From NCBI GenBank assembly GCA_054600435.1, contig BAAIJX010000044.1, positions 1 through 64,000 on the forward strand: 64,000 nt of DNA. The letters are read 5' to 3'. Position 1 is the stretch's first letter; each line of letters opens with the position of its first letter. Shown in pieces: positions 1 through 10,720 of this stretch. The notes under the pieces were generated by a model. It saw only the letters and a program-made list of their open reading frames with translations. It was not told where the DNA came from and ran no database searches. The position numbers were made by a program, and so were the translations under genes. This DNA is from Neophaeotheca triangularis (lineage: Eukaryota).

Positions 1-99
1 GGGGGGGGTGGAAGATGGAATCGCCACCGAGACCATTCATCGTTTTCTCTTGCTCTGCACGCCTGGTTGGAAATGCCTACCCTTTACTCCATCTACTAA

Positions 100-1077
100 A
101 CCGTAGCGGCGAGATCTGGCCAAGAGGACTAATGCATCCCCGAAGACGACATCCGAGAATTCCTTCGCCGCCAGACGCTCGGTCCCATCCGGAATGCTCT
201 CCTCGCTTTAAGTACTCTCACCATCCTGCCCATCTTCCCCAGCTCAGAGCCCTTTCTCTCGGATCCCTTCTTCGCATCTCATGTCATCAACCAACCAGCC
301 TTGTCCAGCAGACGACGAAGGATCTCGCGGTGCGCGGGCGCCGCCGCAAAAGGAGGTTGGAGTTCTCTGCCGTATCCTTCGCAACGAATATCAGGATTAT
401 AATCGATGCGACGCGCGACAAGAGCGGAGTAGGCGGGAATGAGGATGCAGCTGCAAATCTCGTGGAAACCGATATCAAGTACTTCCTCGTCGCAGTTGAA
501 GTAGTACAAGCAACGCAGGCTGTGCGAGAGTATTGGTGCTCGACAATCGCTTTCAGCCTGCGAGCTCCTCCGAGGAGTGCCGCACCGTGGTACCAGAAGG
601 CGCGGCTCTCGGGGCACTTCGTGACTCGATCTTGAGAAAGCCTAGTAAAGTGTTTGAGGCAGTCCTTGTGGAAGACATGCGAGCACATGATGTTGCGGAC
701 GAGGCGACGAGTGTCGGGGGCGGTGCTGCTAGGTCTCCTGCCGAAGAGAAAGAAGAAGGTGAAAAGGGTGTGAAAGAGGATGCTACTCAGAAGTTGCTGC
801 ATCTTACTCCTCCTCTTCAATAATTCCCGAGCCAAACCGTTGCCATGCTCGTTGTTGTGGTTCTGGCAGATGCCGCAGCTGCCCACCAAGGGAGCCGGCG
901 GATAGTGGCAGAGCTCGTTCGGGAATTTCGATTGATCAATCGATTACTCGACGCACAGAGCGTCTTCTTCATGCACGTGGTGAGGCAGTACTGGATAGCC
1001 ATGGTTAGCTGAAAGTCACTTTCACTGGAAGCATATATGGCGGATGAGGGCGAAGACTTACGGCATGCCATATTCAT
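100..1077 (-). pseudogene. RING-H2 family paralog 1, disrupted
   Basis: ATG at 1077, phase-1 intron 1061-991 (GTAAGT..GCTAAC..CAG), then in-frame TAA at 946-944. Degenerate RING CGIC..CSHVFHKDC..CPES (last Cys lost). 3' end approximate. Confidence 0.7.
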
Positions 1078-1768
1078 TGTGAACACCTTGGAATGCGTCG
1101 AATGGTATCTCGCTGTTGGGTTAAAGAGTCCTTGTTTTGGTGTCGGGAGGCCAAGTTGCGGCGCGATAGGTCAGGCGGGATGGTGAAAATACCGCTGGAG
1201 GTACGGGGGAATTGGCAGCGGTGAAGAGTTGGTTGCTGTCGACGATGCGACCAAGGGCAAGGGCAGTCTGGAGTATCGTCTTTGTGGTGAGTGATGCCTA
1301 CGTAGACGAGAAAGCTCGAGTCAGAACAACATTGACTGGTAGCAGAAGTAGGAGAACGGTACTCTGTCTGCTTAAAGTGTTATAGGTAGAAAAGCTGAGC
1401 AAGAATTTATCTCCCCCTAAACGCTCGGACCTTCTTCTAGTAAACTGACATGTACCTAAGCATTTTTACTAATGTAGAGTATATCGAAAGATGAAGCGAT
1501 AATAGCTTATAAAGGCTGCTTATAACGATAGATAGGGGAAACGTTCCCGAACGGATGCAGCTAATATAGGTACTAGATAAGTGTATTAGATGTATATAGC
1601 ATAAGGACAATTGTTCAGATGTGTACTCTTAAGCGCTTACCGTTCTTCTAGCTTGTAAAGTGGCTACGGGATTGATCTTCTTATTGATGTAAGGAGCGTG
1701 TAAGACCTCCTGATCAGATGCCGCTTCCTTTGTCCCCAACACGCTCGTCTTTGATGCTATCTGACAAC

Positions 1769-2657
1769 TCAATAGTCTTCTCTGTAGACTACTTCCATGA
1801 GATCCATCCCTCGGACGTTGTAGCGGGCGTATAGAGACAAGCCGTTGGTAACAACGCTCGCCATGATCTCCAGAGTGGCTTTGCCATCCAGGACTTCTCT
1901 ATCCGTCGGAATCTCTGTCCCCTCTTCCACACCATAGCTTCGGGCCAAAGCAATGACAGAATCTTCCATTGATAGAGTCGACTCTTCAAACCTCTCAGCG
2001 CGAGCAATGACGGAGGCAAAGCGATTTCGAAAGGCCGAAGTCGTGAGGATCCTGGCGCAAGTATTGCGTGACAACCTTGGGGGGGTTGCAACGCCATCGA
2101 GAGCGGCATAGGCTGCGATTTGCAGAGCAAAGACCAGCTGTCACCCTCAATGTTTCGCATCAAGGGGTTGGCACGGGGAGCCCAACCTCGGAAGTTATTC
2201 CCGATCTTGCGAATCATTCCACCGATTACGCCCGCAGCTCTAGTCGTCTTATCGTTGTGCCACCACACTGCCCGGCAATGGGGACATAGCATGGCACGAG
2301 TCTCCTCCCCCTTCGTGACCGCGCCAATACATCCTCTGTACAGCTTGTGCGTGCACGTCGTGTTCCAGGCGATCGACCCCTGGTTCTCTTCCGCTTCCGC
2401 GTCTTCTCCGTATTCCGCGCACCCTCCGCTATTCTCTCCGTCCATGGGCTCGAGACAAACGCCGCAGTCGTCACCCGTTGGCTCCCGATTGCATCGAACA
2501 AACTCGGTGAGGAATAGTTCCCGGCTAATTGGATACTCGTTCTCTAGGCAGTCGACGATTGGCTCGGAAAGGAATTTGGGTAGTGCTAAATGGTCTATCA
2601 GTAACATGATAAAGGGCTACTCCAAGATGGTTGGAGCTGTTGCTTACCGTGCGCCAT
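1769..2657 (-). pseudogene. RING-H2 family paralog 2, frameshifted
   Basis: ATG GCG CAC G, intron 2647-2586 (GTAAGC..TAG). RING-like CGVC..CTHKLYRGC..CPHC. Homology to paralogs (LQIAAYAAL, VTNGLSLYA) continues only after a 1-nt frameshift near 2140; a sequencing error is possible. Confidence 0.7.
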
Positions 2658-3483
2658 TGCAATTGGGTTGCGATCTTTCCGTTGCAAGGGCTGTTGGCGT
2701 ATGTATGAAGGGCGTGAGAGACTAATGGTGCAGTGGATAGTTATCTGTCCAAGTCGTAGAAGACAAACGATGCTTCTGAGGTGAGGGTGTTGAGGTACAA
2801 CCTGGGGATGGGCGGAGTTGGGTCGTATGCTTGGCGTTTTGTTCGTACAGTCGAAGTGAAGTTGAACTGCGGGTCCTTCACTCGCGCTTGGGTGAGCTCC
2901 AAAGCAGCAACTCTTGGTAAGGGTATATACATTTAAATGAGTACAATACGTGATAAAACAGCCTATTACTGCATCTGTTTTGTAGGATTTGTTTTATAGT
3001 CCAGCAGCGCAGGAAAATGCATCATTGCCAACAGCCAAAATTGCTTTGTCAGAGATAGCATTCAGGCCTTCTCGCTACTATGTTCTGCTGCCTTCGCGAT
3101 CGATCTTCTGATGCGCGGTGCCCTCTCAAACATTTTAGGCATGGGTCATGGGAGTCTCAGTCTGTTGCCCTAAAGGTGGGAGAGAGTGATATGTAGAGTA
3201 CAGAACTTCGCGACGCTACAGGGAACTTGAAATGTGCTAGTGGCCCTTCCAGATGTATCCCCTCCCCTCCTCTTGCTCAAGAAAGACCACCTGAACGCCA
3301 TCAGCCCTCAAAGACTACGCTTGCAACTAATGGCTTCCCATTGCTGTGATTTTTTTGCATCATTGGTTGTCTGTCTCACAGTCAGTACTTATCCACGTAG
3401 TTGTAAAGGAGAGCCGCGTTCTTACCCGGTCTGCCGCCGCTCTCGAAGCCACTCGCGCAGATCCTGACCCCTACTCGTATTTG

Positions 3484-4291
3484 TCACTTAAACCTCTCCA
3501 GCCATGCATACAAGGTGAAGCCGTTGTCCATGACTTCCTTAATGAAGTCTGGAACTTCAGAATTAGGGTCATAAGTAGGGTCACGCTTCTTCCACGCGAA
3601 AAGAACAACCGCACTCATGAGGTTCTTCGCATCCTCGACCCTGACGATATCCTTGCCGTCCATGGCGACCACGCACTGCAAGACCACGTCTATATTCTGG
3701 CGGTTGAAGTTGCTTCGAGCAGTGGGGTGCACGCTGGCGGTCGAGTTGTCGTTGGTGGCGGTGGTTGCGACATATGCTGCGACACTGATGCAGCGGATCA
3801 TCTTTTCGGAAATAAATTGGTGAAACTCCTGCGGCAATTGTTCGTCGTGGAAGCCTCGGCGAGCCAGAAAGATCAAGCGCTTGTAGTACTTGCAGCTAAA
3901 GATAATGTCGGTTCTGAAGAACCATAGAGCTCCGCAGATAGGACACAGGGTTTTCCATTTGTCCAGGGCAAGCCATCTGCGCTGACATCCGAGATGGAAG
4001 ATGTGGTCGCATTCGGTGTTGTGAACGATGAATCCTTGCTGTTCCTCACGCATGTTCTCAGTCACGGGTCCCTGGATGCCGTCCATGGGATCTAGACAGA
4101 GCAAGCAAGACGCGTTGGCATGCATGTTCGAGTACGAGCAGTTCAGTTGAAAAGAGTGCTGGGACGGTGCAAACTCCCAACCCTCAAGGCACCTCTGCAC
4201 CGTTACCGAGATGTACTTTGGGAGCTCTGTTCCTATTTGTCAGCTCTTCCGATGCGTTGTCTCCCTCTTTAGACTACCCACTATGCGTCAT
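3484..4291 (-). CDS. RING-H2 zinc-finger protein (putative E3 ligase), paralog 3
   Basis: Exon 1 ATGACGCATA, intron 4281-4227 (GTGGGT..GCTGAC..CAG). CLLC..CDHIFHLGC..W..CPIC. Intact ORF to 3484. Confidence 0.85.
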
Positions 4292-5436
4292 GTTTCGGAT
4301 CGTCCTGATGGATCGTCGCTAGGAGAGGTTTGAGGTCCAGACTTGTCGTGTTTAAGGGTGAGTGGCTGTAGTAAAAGCGGTGCTGAGCTGTTTGTCGCGA
4401 TAGTGAAGAGACAGCGTTGCAACCGAACAATCTGCAGCCAGTCGTGGTCTACCGAGTGTTGAAGTGCTTGTCAAAGTTCGAGGTGGCTGCTAGAGAAGTA
4501 TGTACACGAGCAGTTGCCTGAGTGGGAGGTGTTTTCGAGAGAATCACGTTCACGCGACAACCGATAAGCATTCTTCACCTACAGTTGACGCTATCGATAA
4601 AGCAGGTCACTATAGTCGAGGCGTTATTGTTAAGCTATTACGACAATAATGAGATGTTGCCTAAGAGCAAACACAGCTATGTCGGCAGCACTAATCGAGT
4701 ATATATGTCTTTGACTTGTTCGTTGGCCGCGCTGGGCCCTCATATATGTTTTCAGGACGAATATCGACGGTTTAACGGGACTGCTGCTGGCATTACTTTG
4801 AGCAGGACTACCTTATCTGGCATCTACTCTCTTGTTCACTCCTATAGGCCTTGTCGTGACATCAGGCAATTGAGTAATCTCATGCTTTGTCATTGCTTGC
4901 TTTGTCTCTGTGAGCAATGCATATCTCGAAGACGGATCTTCTTGCATCTAGCGCCGTATTATCTTCTCCTACAACAACTAGTCCATACCCCGAGATCATG
5001 GCTGCCCCGATAAGCCTCAGCCTTCCTACATTGATTGCTACTTTAACCTTGTAGCTTATCGATATAGCGTTCCCTGTTGTGTCTAGAGAGACAAAATTCG
5101 AGACTTTTAACCTCCTCATTCTTGTTTGATACTAGGACGTGGGCTTTGACTGTCTCGCGAATCGGAAAGATCTAGCTGAAAGGACAAGTATGTAGTGAAT
5201 GTGAACCAGACCACTAGAAGCATTATGGCTCCTTTTGGAGCGCTTTGAAACAAGGGTTCAGAACAGCTATTCATTATAAGGCGCTCCACGAATTGCGGCT
5301 ATCTTCTGCTCATTTTATCGGCCAACACTGCTTTTAGCTATTCGAAGCCTGTCTATAAAATTCTGTACTTCACTCTCCATGCCATCTTGACGTTGGAATC
5401 CAGTCACACCCCCAAGCAACGAAAAAAAAAAAGATA

Positions 5437-5444
5437 CTATATAG
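5437..5444 (+). promoter_or_regulatory. TATA-like element of U6 copy 1
   Basis: CTATATAG about 30 nt upstream of the U6 start; CTATATA is at the same offset in the copy at 50491. Confidence 0.65.
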
Positions 5445-5466
5445 GTGACTTACAGCCAGGCCTCTC

Positions 5467-5570
5467 GCCTTCGGGCATTTGGTCAATTTGAAACAATACA
5501 GAGAAGATTAGCATGGCCCCTGCACTAAGGATGACACATGCAAGTAAAGTGAGCTACCAAGCTTTTTTTT
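5467..5570 (+). ncRNA. U6: U6 spliceosomal snRNA, copy 1
   Basis: GCC-TTCG-GGC 5' stem, ACAGAGA box, AGC triad, ISL GGCCCCTGCACTAAGGATGAC, oligo-T terminator. Confidence 0.97.
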
Positions 5571-5615
5571 GGCCGAGTTCGGGAAATGGGAAACAGGAGG
5601 CTACGTGGGCCGTGT

Positions 5616-5624
5616 GTTCGAGAC
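5616..5624 (+). promoter_or_regulatory. Downstream Pol III B box of U6 copy 1
   Basis: GTTCGAGAC 45 nt after the T-run; equivalent motif follows all four U6 copies. Confidence 0.75.
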
Positions 5625-6067
5625 ATGCTTGAGGTGAGGTTGCTTTTCTTTAATATTAGTATGACTACCTGAGGTTCTAAGGGTGAATCTAGTCCTCCTC
5701 ACACGTAGAAGAATAGAGAAGTCCTACCATGGAAAGGCCCGTATATATTGCTACATCAAATTGCCTAGCACTCGAAGCAGAAAATGTGTTCAAGCCTATG
5801 CTCCGCCCTTGTCACGCCTCAGCACAGACTCCTCGACAAGCAAAAAGAACTACGAAGCGAGTAATTCTCCTCAATCCCCTGGACACACCATAGAGTACCG
5901 TGAAATCGCTACTAGCACCCTCCGTACCGCCATAAACCGCCTATCCTCTGCCACCTATCTTCTGCCGCCCTTCCTCTGCCGCCCATTCTCTGCCGGCCCA
6001 GCTACGCCACCCGAGCGTACAGACCAACGCTGTTTCTTTCACACGACCCTCAATTGCGTCCAAGACA

Positions 6068-6897
6068 TCAGTCATCCAGCCCGTACTCCCACGCCCATGT
6101 GTAGAGATTCACCCCGTTTTCAACAATCCATCTCGCAAACCTCGAGGCGTGATTCGAACGCATGGCCTTCAGCGCTATCTGTGCGCGCAGACTAGCATTG
6201 GCGAGAAGTAGGTGCTTTAGCTGTTGGGTGGTGATTGTTTGCTCGTTGAAAGGCACAGCGGCGAGCAGAAGGATTCGGACGATCTCGCGATGGCCCGGGG
6301 TCGTGGCGTATGGGTGAAGAGACTGATTGATCGTGTCGAAGGCTTTGTCAGGTCGAGCAACGAAGATGCGGCGAGTGGATGTCAGGGTAGCGTGAGCGGC
6401 GATCAAGAGATACTTTTTCAGCTTCATGTAGTCGATTTGACGGAGCAGCGGAGGAAGAGGCACGTAGTCGAAAGATGCGTGGATTTGCTGCACGAAACGA
6501 GTTGTCTTGTTTGCCTCGCTGATGACAAAGTCGTGAAAGAAGAAATGAGCCCGACACTCAGGACAGTTTGCTGACCCCTTTTCAAAACTCCGCGTTTCCG
6601 ACCACAAGCGCACGCATTCTTGGTGAAAAACGTGGCTGCACGAGTCGTTACCCTTGATCGTTTCGTTCTTCTCGCTCCTCTCGGTCAGTGGCTCGAGACA
6701 GATGGCGCATTTGTCACCCTTTTTTGGTCCGTTGTATTTGTGAAGGCCGCTCCAGAATCTGCCTGCGGATCGTGGCTCGCTGTACTCGAGACAATGCGCC
6801 AGGGCGGTCGGTAGGTAAATTGGGAATACTGTGGACATTCAAGTCAGCTTGGAGCGAGCTCTATGGACTCGATCGGTCAACGCTTACAGTGTGCCAT
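6068..6897 (-). CDS. RING-H2 zinc-finger protein (putative E3 ligase), paralog 4
   Basis: ATG GCA CAC T, intron 6887-6829 (GTAAGC..GCTGAC..CAG). CAICLE..CSHVFHQECVRLW..CPECR. Intact ORF. Confidence 0.88.
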
Positions 6898-8559
6898 GTT
6901 GACTCAGGGTCCTCGAATACTGCAGAGTTGCGGTGATATGGTTTGCGGTGATATGGTCTGGTTGAAGGTCCGCCTGGAGTCTGTAGTGTCAAAGAACGAG
7001 GAGCGGTGTTGTCTTCTTGGTGTTGCTTTGCCAGTTGAAAGTGAGGGTGAAAGTCTTGGCGGAAGTCGAAGGCTGTTGGTGTCAAGCCTACGGTAGAGCA
7101 ACGCGGTCATGCCAGCCTGGAAGAGAAGCTGCAACAGTAATAGATTACAGCACGATGCGAGTATGACGCTACTGGGAGGTTTTCGTAACCAAGAATGAGC
7201 ACATCTTTGCTCTCGAAGCAAAAGAAAAACATTTGATAAAGATATCGTGAAGCAGCGTCCGGTGCCGAATGTCGAGGCTCGAAGCTCAGGGGCAAATGAG
7301 CCATCTTACATGAGCTTGTGACTATACAGAGTGTGTTTGATATGCAGGTGCATATTTACTACGTTCGGTCCAGAGATGTACAATGAGAACGTTACGAATG
7401 ACGAGGAGTGGAAGACGGTGCTGCCCTGAACATGTAGCTCTTATCAAGCTCGGCTACGAGATTGCTGCGGTACCCATAATCTGATCTCTTTGTAATGCAT
7501 ACTGTTCAGACAAAGGAAGCAGAATGATTGATCTAAGATGGTTCCCCTTTATCTCGCCCCAGGGCTTGTACATCCATAGACAGACGAAATCGAGGGACAA
7601 CATTGACCCATCGTCAACGGTGGCTCGTAGTGGAAAGAGGAAGTACAGGCAGGCGGGAAGCAGTGTGCTTGAATTAAAGGCAAGCCTGCGGTGAAAGCCC
7701 GTTGTATATCAGGCTCTGTTAGGTAGGAGGTGTTTAGGGAACGCACGGAGTAGGAGGACTCATTAGCAGAGTAACACTTGAGCGCATGAGCTCGAGGATC
7801 AACGATCGTGGAGTTGGTATAGACCTCAAATACGGCGGCTATCTGAGTGTCACGCTCCCAGGAAAAGACTGAGAATTTACCGGTGGGAACGATCGAGGAG
7901 CTTTACAAGTATGGGCTGGAAATTGGCATGGACATGGTGCAAAGAAAGGCTTCCGTGCTGAGAGCTAAGAAGAAACAAAGGACACATTATTTGGCAGTGT
8001 CTCTGGGCGAAAGAGTTTCTTCTACGGACCAATAGGCATATCCGATCGTCAACTTGCTCTTTCTTTCCAGCTATGTTTCCCAGGATTGTATTAAGTAAGG
8101 AGCTAAAAAGTAGCTGGTCTCTTTCCCTTCGTAGCTTCACGATGTTGGCTCAAAGGCTGCATCATACGACTTGGTTGCCTAGTTGACTCAGTCATATCGT
8201 ATGCGTCGATGCCGTGTCCGTGCCTTGGTCATTTTTAGTCACCGCCTCTCCGTACAGTACCTTCGTTGCAGGCTTACCTTGACACCTCGCGTGTGTCTCA
8301 TCCTCGGGGCTGCACTTTGCCGTGGCGAGTGCGTGCTGTTTGATCGAGGCAAAGCAGCCGGCCATCTTTGTATTTGTTGTCTTCCGTTCGACAGATCATC
8401 CGTTGGCCATCTCTTGATTTCCCTGCTTCAAGGTTCCCCCCTCTTGTTTGACACGAGTCGCCTTCCCCGTCCTTTCCTGCTCCGCTCGGCGACACTCAAC
8501 CCTCGGTATTTCACCCTCGAATTGTTGCGTACAAGTCAACCGCCTTTGAAGCGACGACC

Positions 8560-9434
8560 GTAGCGAAGCTCAAGGCATTGTGAGCGTCCTGCGGGCTGAG
8601 ATCATCTGACACCTGCGGGTGTACGTGCACTAGCAATCAAAACATCGCATAACGGCGGTCAATAGGGCTACCATCCAGAGTGTTGGCGTGGTCGTGGAGT
8701 ATGCACACTAGCTGGCGAGATGCTGGCGTGCTGGCGAGTGGGTAATGGAGTCTGTTGACATTGCAAAGGCCGTTGAACACCTGGTAGGAGGCTGTGAGCG
8801 CCGTGTAGGCAGCAGCCAGCAGACTATTTCTGAGTTTCGTTGCGTCGGTGTATCGAAGTTGAGCATTCAAGGATATGTGACGAACGGTTGCGCGGATGAT
8901 GTTGATACAACGCTTGGTTTGCTTCGCCTCTTTAATCGTATAGTCGCCGAAGAACCAGACTCTGTGGTAGCAGGGACAGCTGCCCTTTCCCCCTTTGTCA
9001 CATTCGTGGGCTGTTCAAGCCAGGCTACAGCCCCGGTGACAGACGTGCGCGCAGACGGTATTGCCGGCTGCCGATTCGTTGGTCTTAACTATCGCTTAGG
9101 GTTTCGAGGCAGATTGCGCAGCTGTCGCCGGTGTCTTCGCCCTTGTTGACGAGCTCGTCGAAGAGGTTGCCTTGTGAGGGTGGAGGGTCAATGGCCAGTC
9201 AGCTGACCAAAACCGGTGGAATGAATTGGTCATGCACTGCGGAGCAGTCATCAATTTGGACTTCAGAGATAGTCGAGTGGATGCTTACTGTGGGCCATCT
9301 CGGTATAAGCTCTTTGAGGAGCACGCGGAGAGGTTCGGAGGCAGTGGGAAAAGCTCTATTACCCTTACAGTCCGGTTTCCACAGTAAGTTCAGGGGAGAT
9401 TTGGATGGAGGGCGAAGTATTGCGTCTCGAACAT
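8560..9434 (-). pseudogene. RING-H2 family paralog 5, strongly degenerate
   Basis: Fragments NTVCAHVCHRGCSLA*..CPCYHRVWFF (TGA at 9017-9015) and TKLRNSLLAAAYTALTAS resembling paralog 4 (MKLKKYLLIAAHATLTS). Ends approximate. Confidence 0.65.
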
Positions 9435-10417
9435 GAAGGTGAAAGGTAGCAGATGTTTGCAACCGCTCGTGGACGCGTTCACGGCGAAAGCCATAGGCTG
9501 GCTGCCTCATGTTTCAATATCACGAAGAGGGAAGGATGTATGTACTGCTATCGGGACTTTTCTCCTAGTAAGGTTTTTTCCAGCCCTCGGGCTCATGTCA
9601 ACGATTTTGTGGTAGGCGTGCTTTGATAGGGCCTTGTTCAACCAGAATCTTTCTTTGTCAAGTAGCTCGATTCCATTTTGCTGGTTTCAAAGATGACGTG
9701 AGGACAATCGCAAACAAAGCGTCATCGTAGGCTGCCGCTTGAAGGTAATTTGGCGGATGAGAACAGCAGCAAGCCTAGAGTAAGGATTATCTCACGATAT
9801 CAGCGCGGGCAGGATCTCGAATGGTTCACAGCAATGCCAGCGCTCAAAGGGTAAATAAGAGATTCTTGTAGTAAGTACAGGCAGACAGTGGCCAACAGGC
9901 TTGCTATTTGACGGACACGGGAAGGGTGGAAAGAGTATTTGGAGAACAGCGAGATCAAAAAGGCAAATTACCCTCTTCTCCAAGACCTTGCGAAGAGCAA
10001 GAGCGTGATGAAAAAGGAGTGGGTCGCGTCAGCTAGAAGTAGTGCGATACTAGCGACACAGTGACCCTAAGAATGTGCAAGCACAGAAACTTAGGATCTG
10101 GCGCCAAAAATAAGATTTATCTCAAGGAGGTCGATGACACTCCGTTTCAGAGATCAAACTGAAACTGAAGAAAGGTTAGCACGAGTCGTCGGTCAAGTGG
10201 GAGGAATGATACGAACAGAACAGATGCTACACCTGGAGGAGCCAAAAGGCTAAAGCAAAGTGGGTTAGTAGGGAATATCGAAGGTCTGATAATGTCGAAA
10301 CAGCGTACCAAAGTGTGCTGGGGAGAAGGGAAAGAGGAAGAGGAATCGAAAATGGAGGGAGGCTTGAGTTGTAGTCTCCCAGCCCCCTGCCAAGCGGACC
10401 GTGCCCTCGACAATCAC

Positions 10418-10591
10418 CACACAATCAATGCCCAGCTCTTCCTCGGGTTTCTATGCACGCCAAGGCACAGTTATCACTTGACCGATTGATACGCGTGGTC
10501 CTGTTGATTGTGAGGGGGGCACAGACCAAGTCGCAGGAACAAAACCAAGCTGCCCTCTCTCTCTCAACCTTCTTCCTTTCTTCTCTCTCCC
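10418..10591 (+). promoter_or_regulatory. U4 upstream promoter blocks shared with U1
   Basis: CACACAATCA, ACGCGTG, TGATTGTG, GACCAA, CGCAG, ACAAAACCAAGCTGCCCT, CAACCTT and a pyrimidine tract occur in the same order and similar spacing upstream of U1. Confidence 0.75.
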
Positions 10592-10720
10592 ATCCGAGTG
10601 CAAGGGCGTTATGATTACCTGTGAAGATTTGTCTGAGGTGTCATTATTGCTAGTTGAAAACTAGGTTTTTGACTGCTCCTGTTGGCCTTCGGGTCGGCAG
10701 GGAATTTTTGGCAAAACACT
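10592..10720 (+). ncRNA. U4: U4 spliceosomal snRNA
   Basis: 5' ATCCGAGTGCAAGGGC complements U6 GCCCCTGCACTAAGGAT (stem II). K-turn stem-loop CTGTGA-AGATTTGTCT-GAG. TTGCTAGTTGAAAACT (stem I). 3' UUCG hairpin. Sm site AATTTTTGG 10703-10711. 3' end approximate. Confidence 0.92.
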
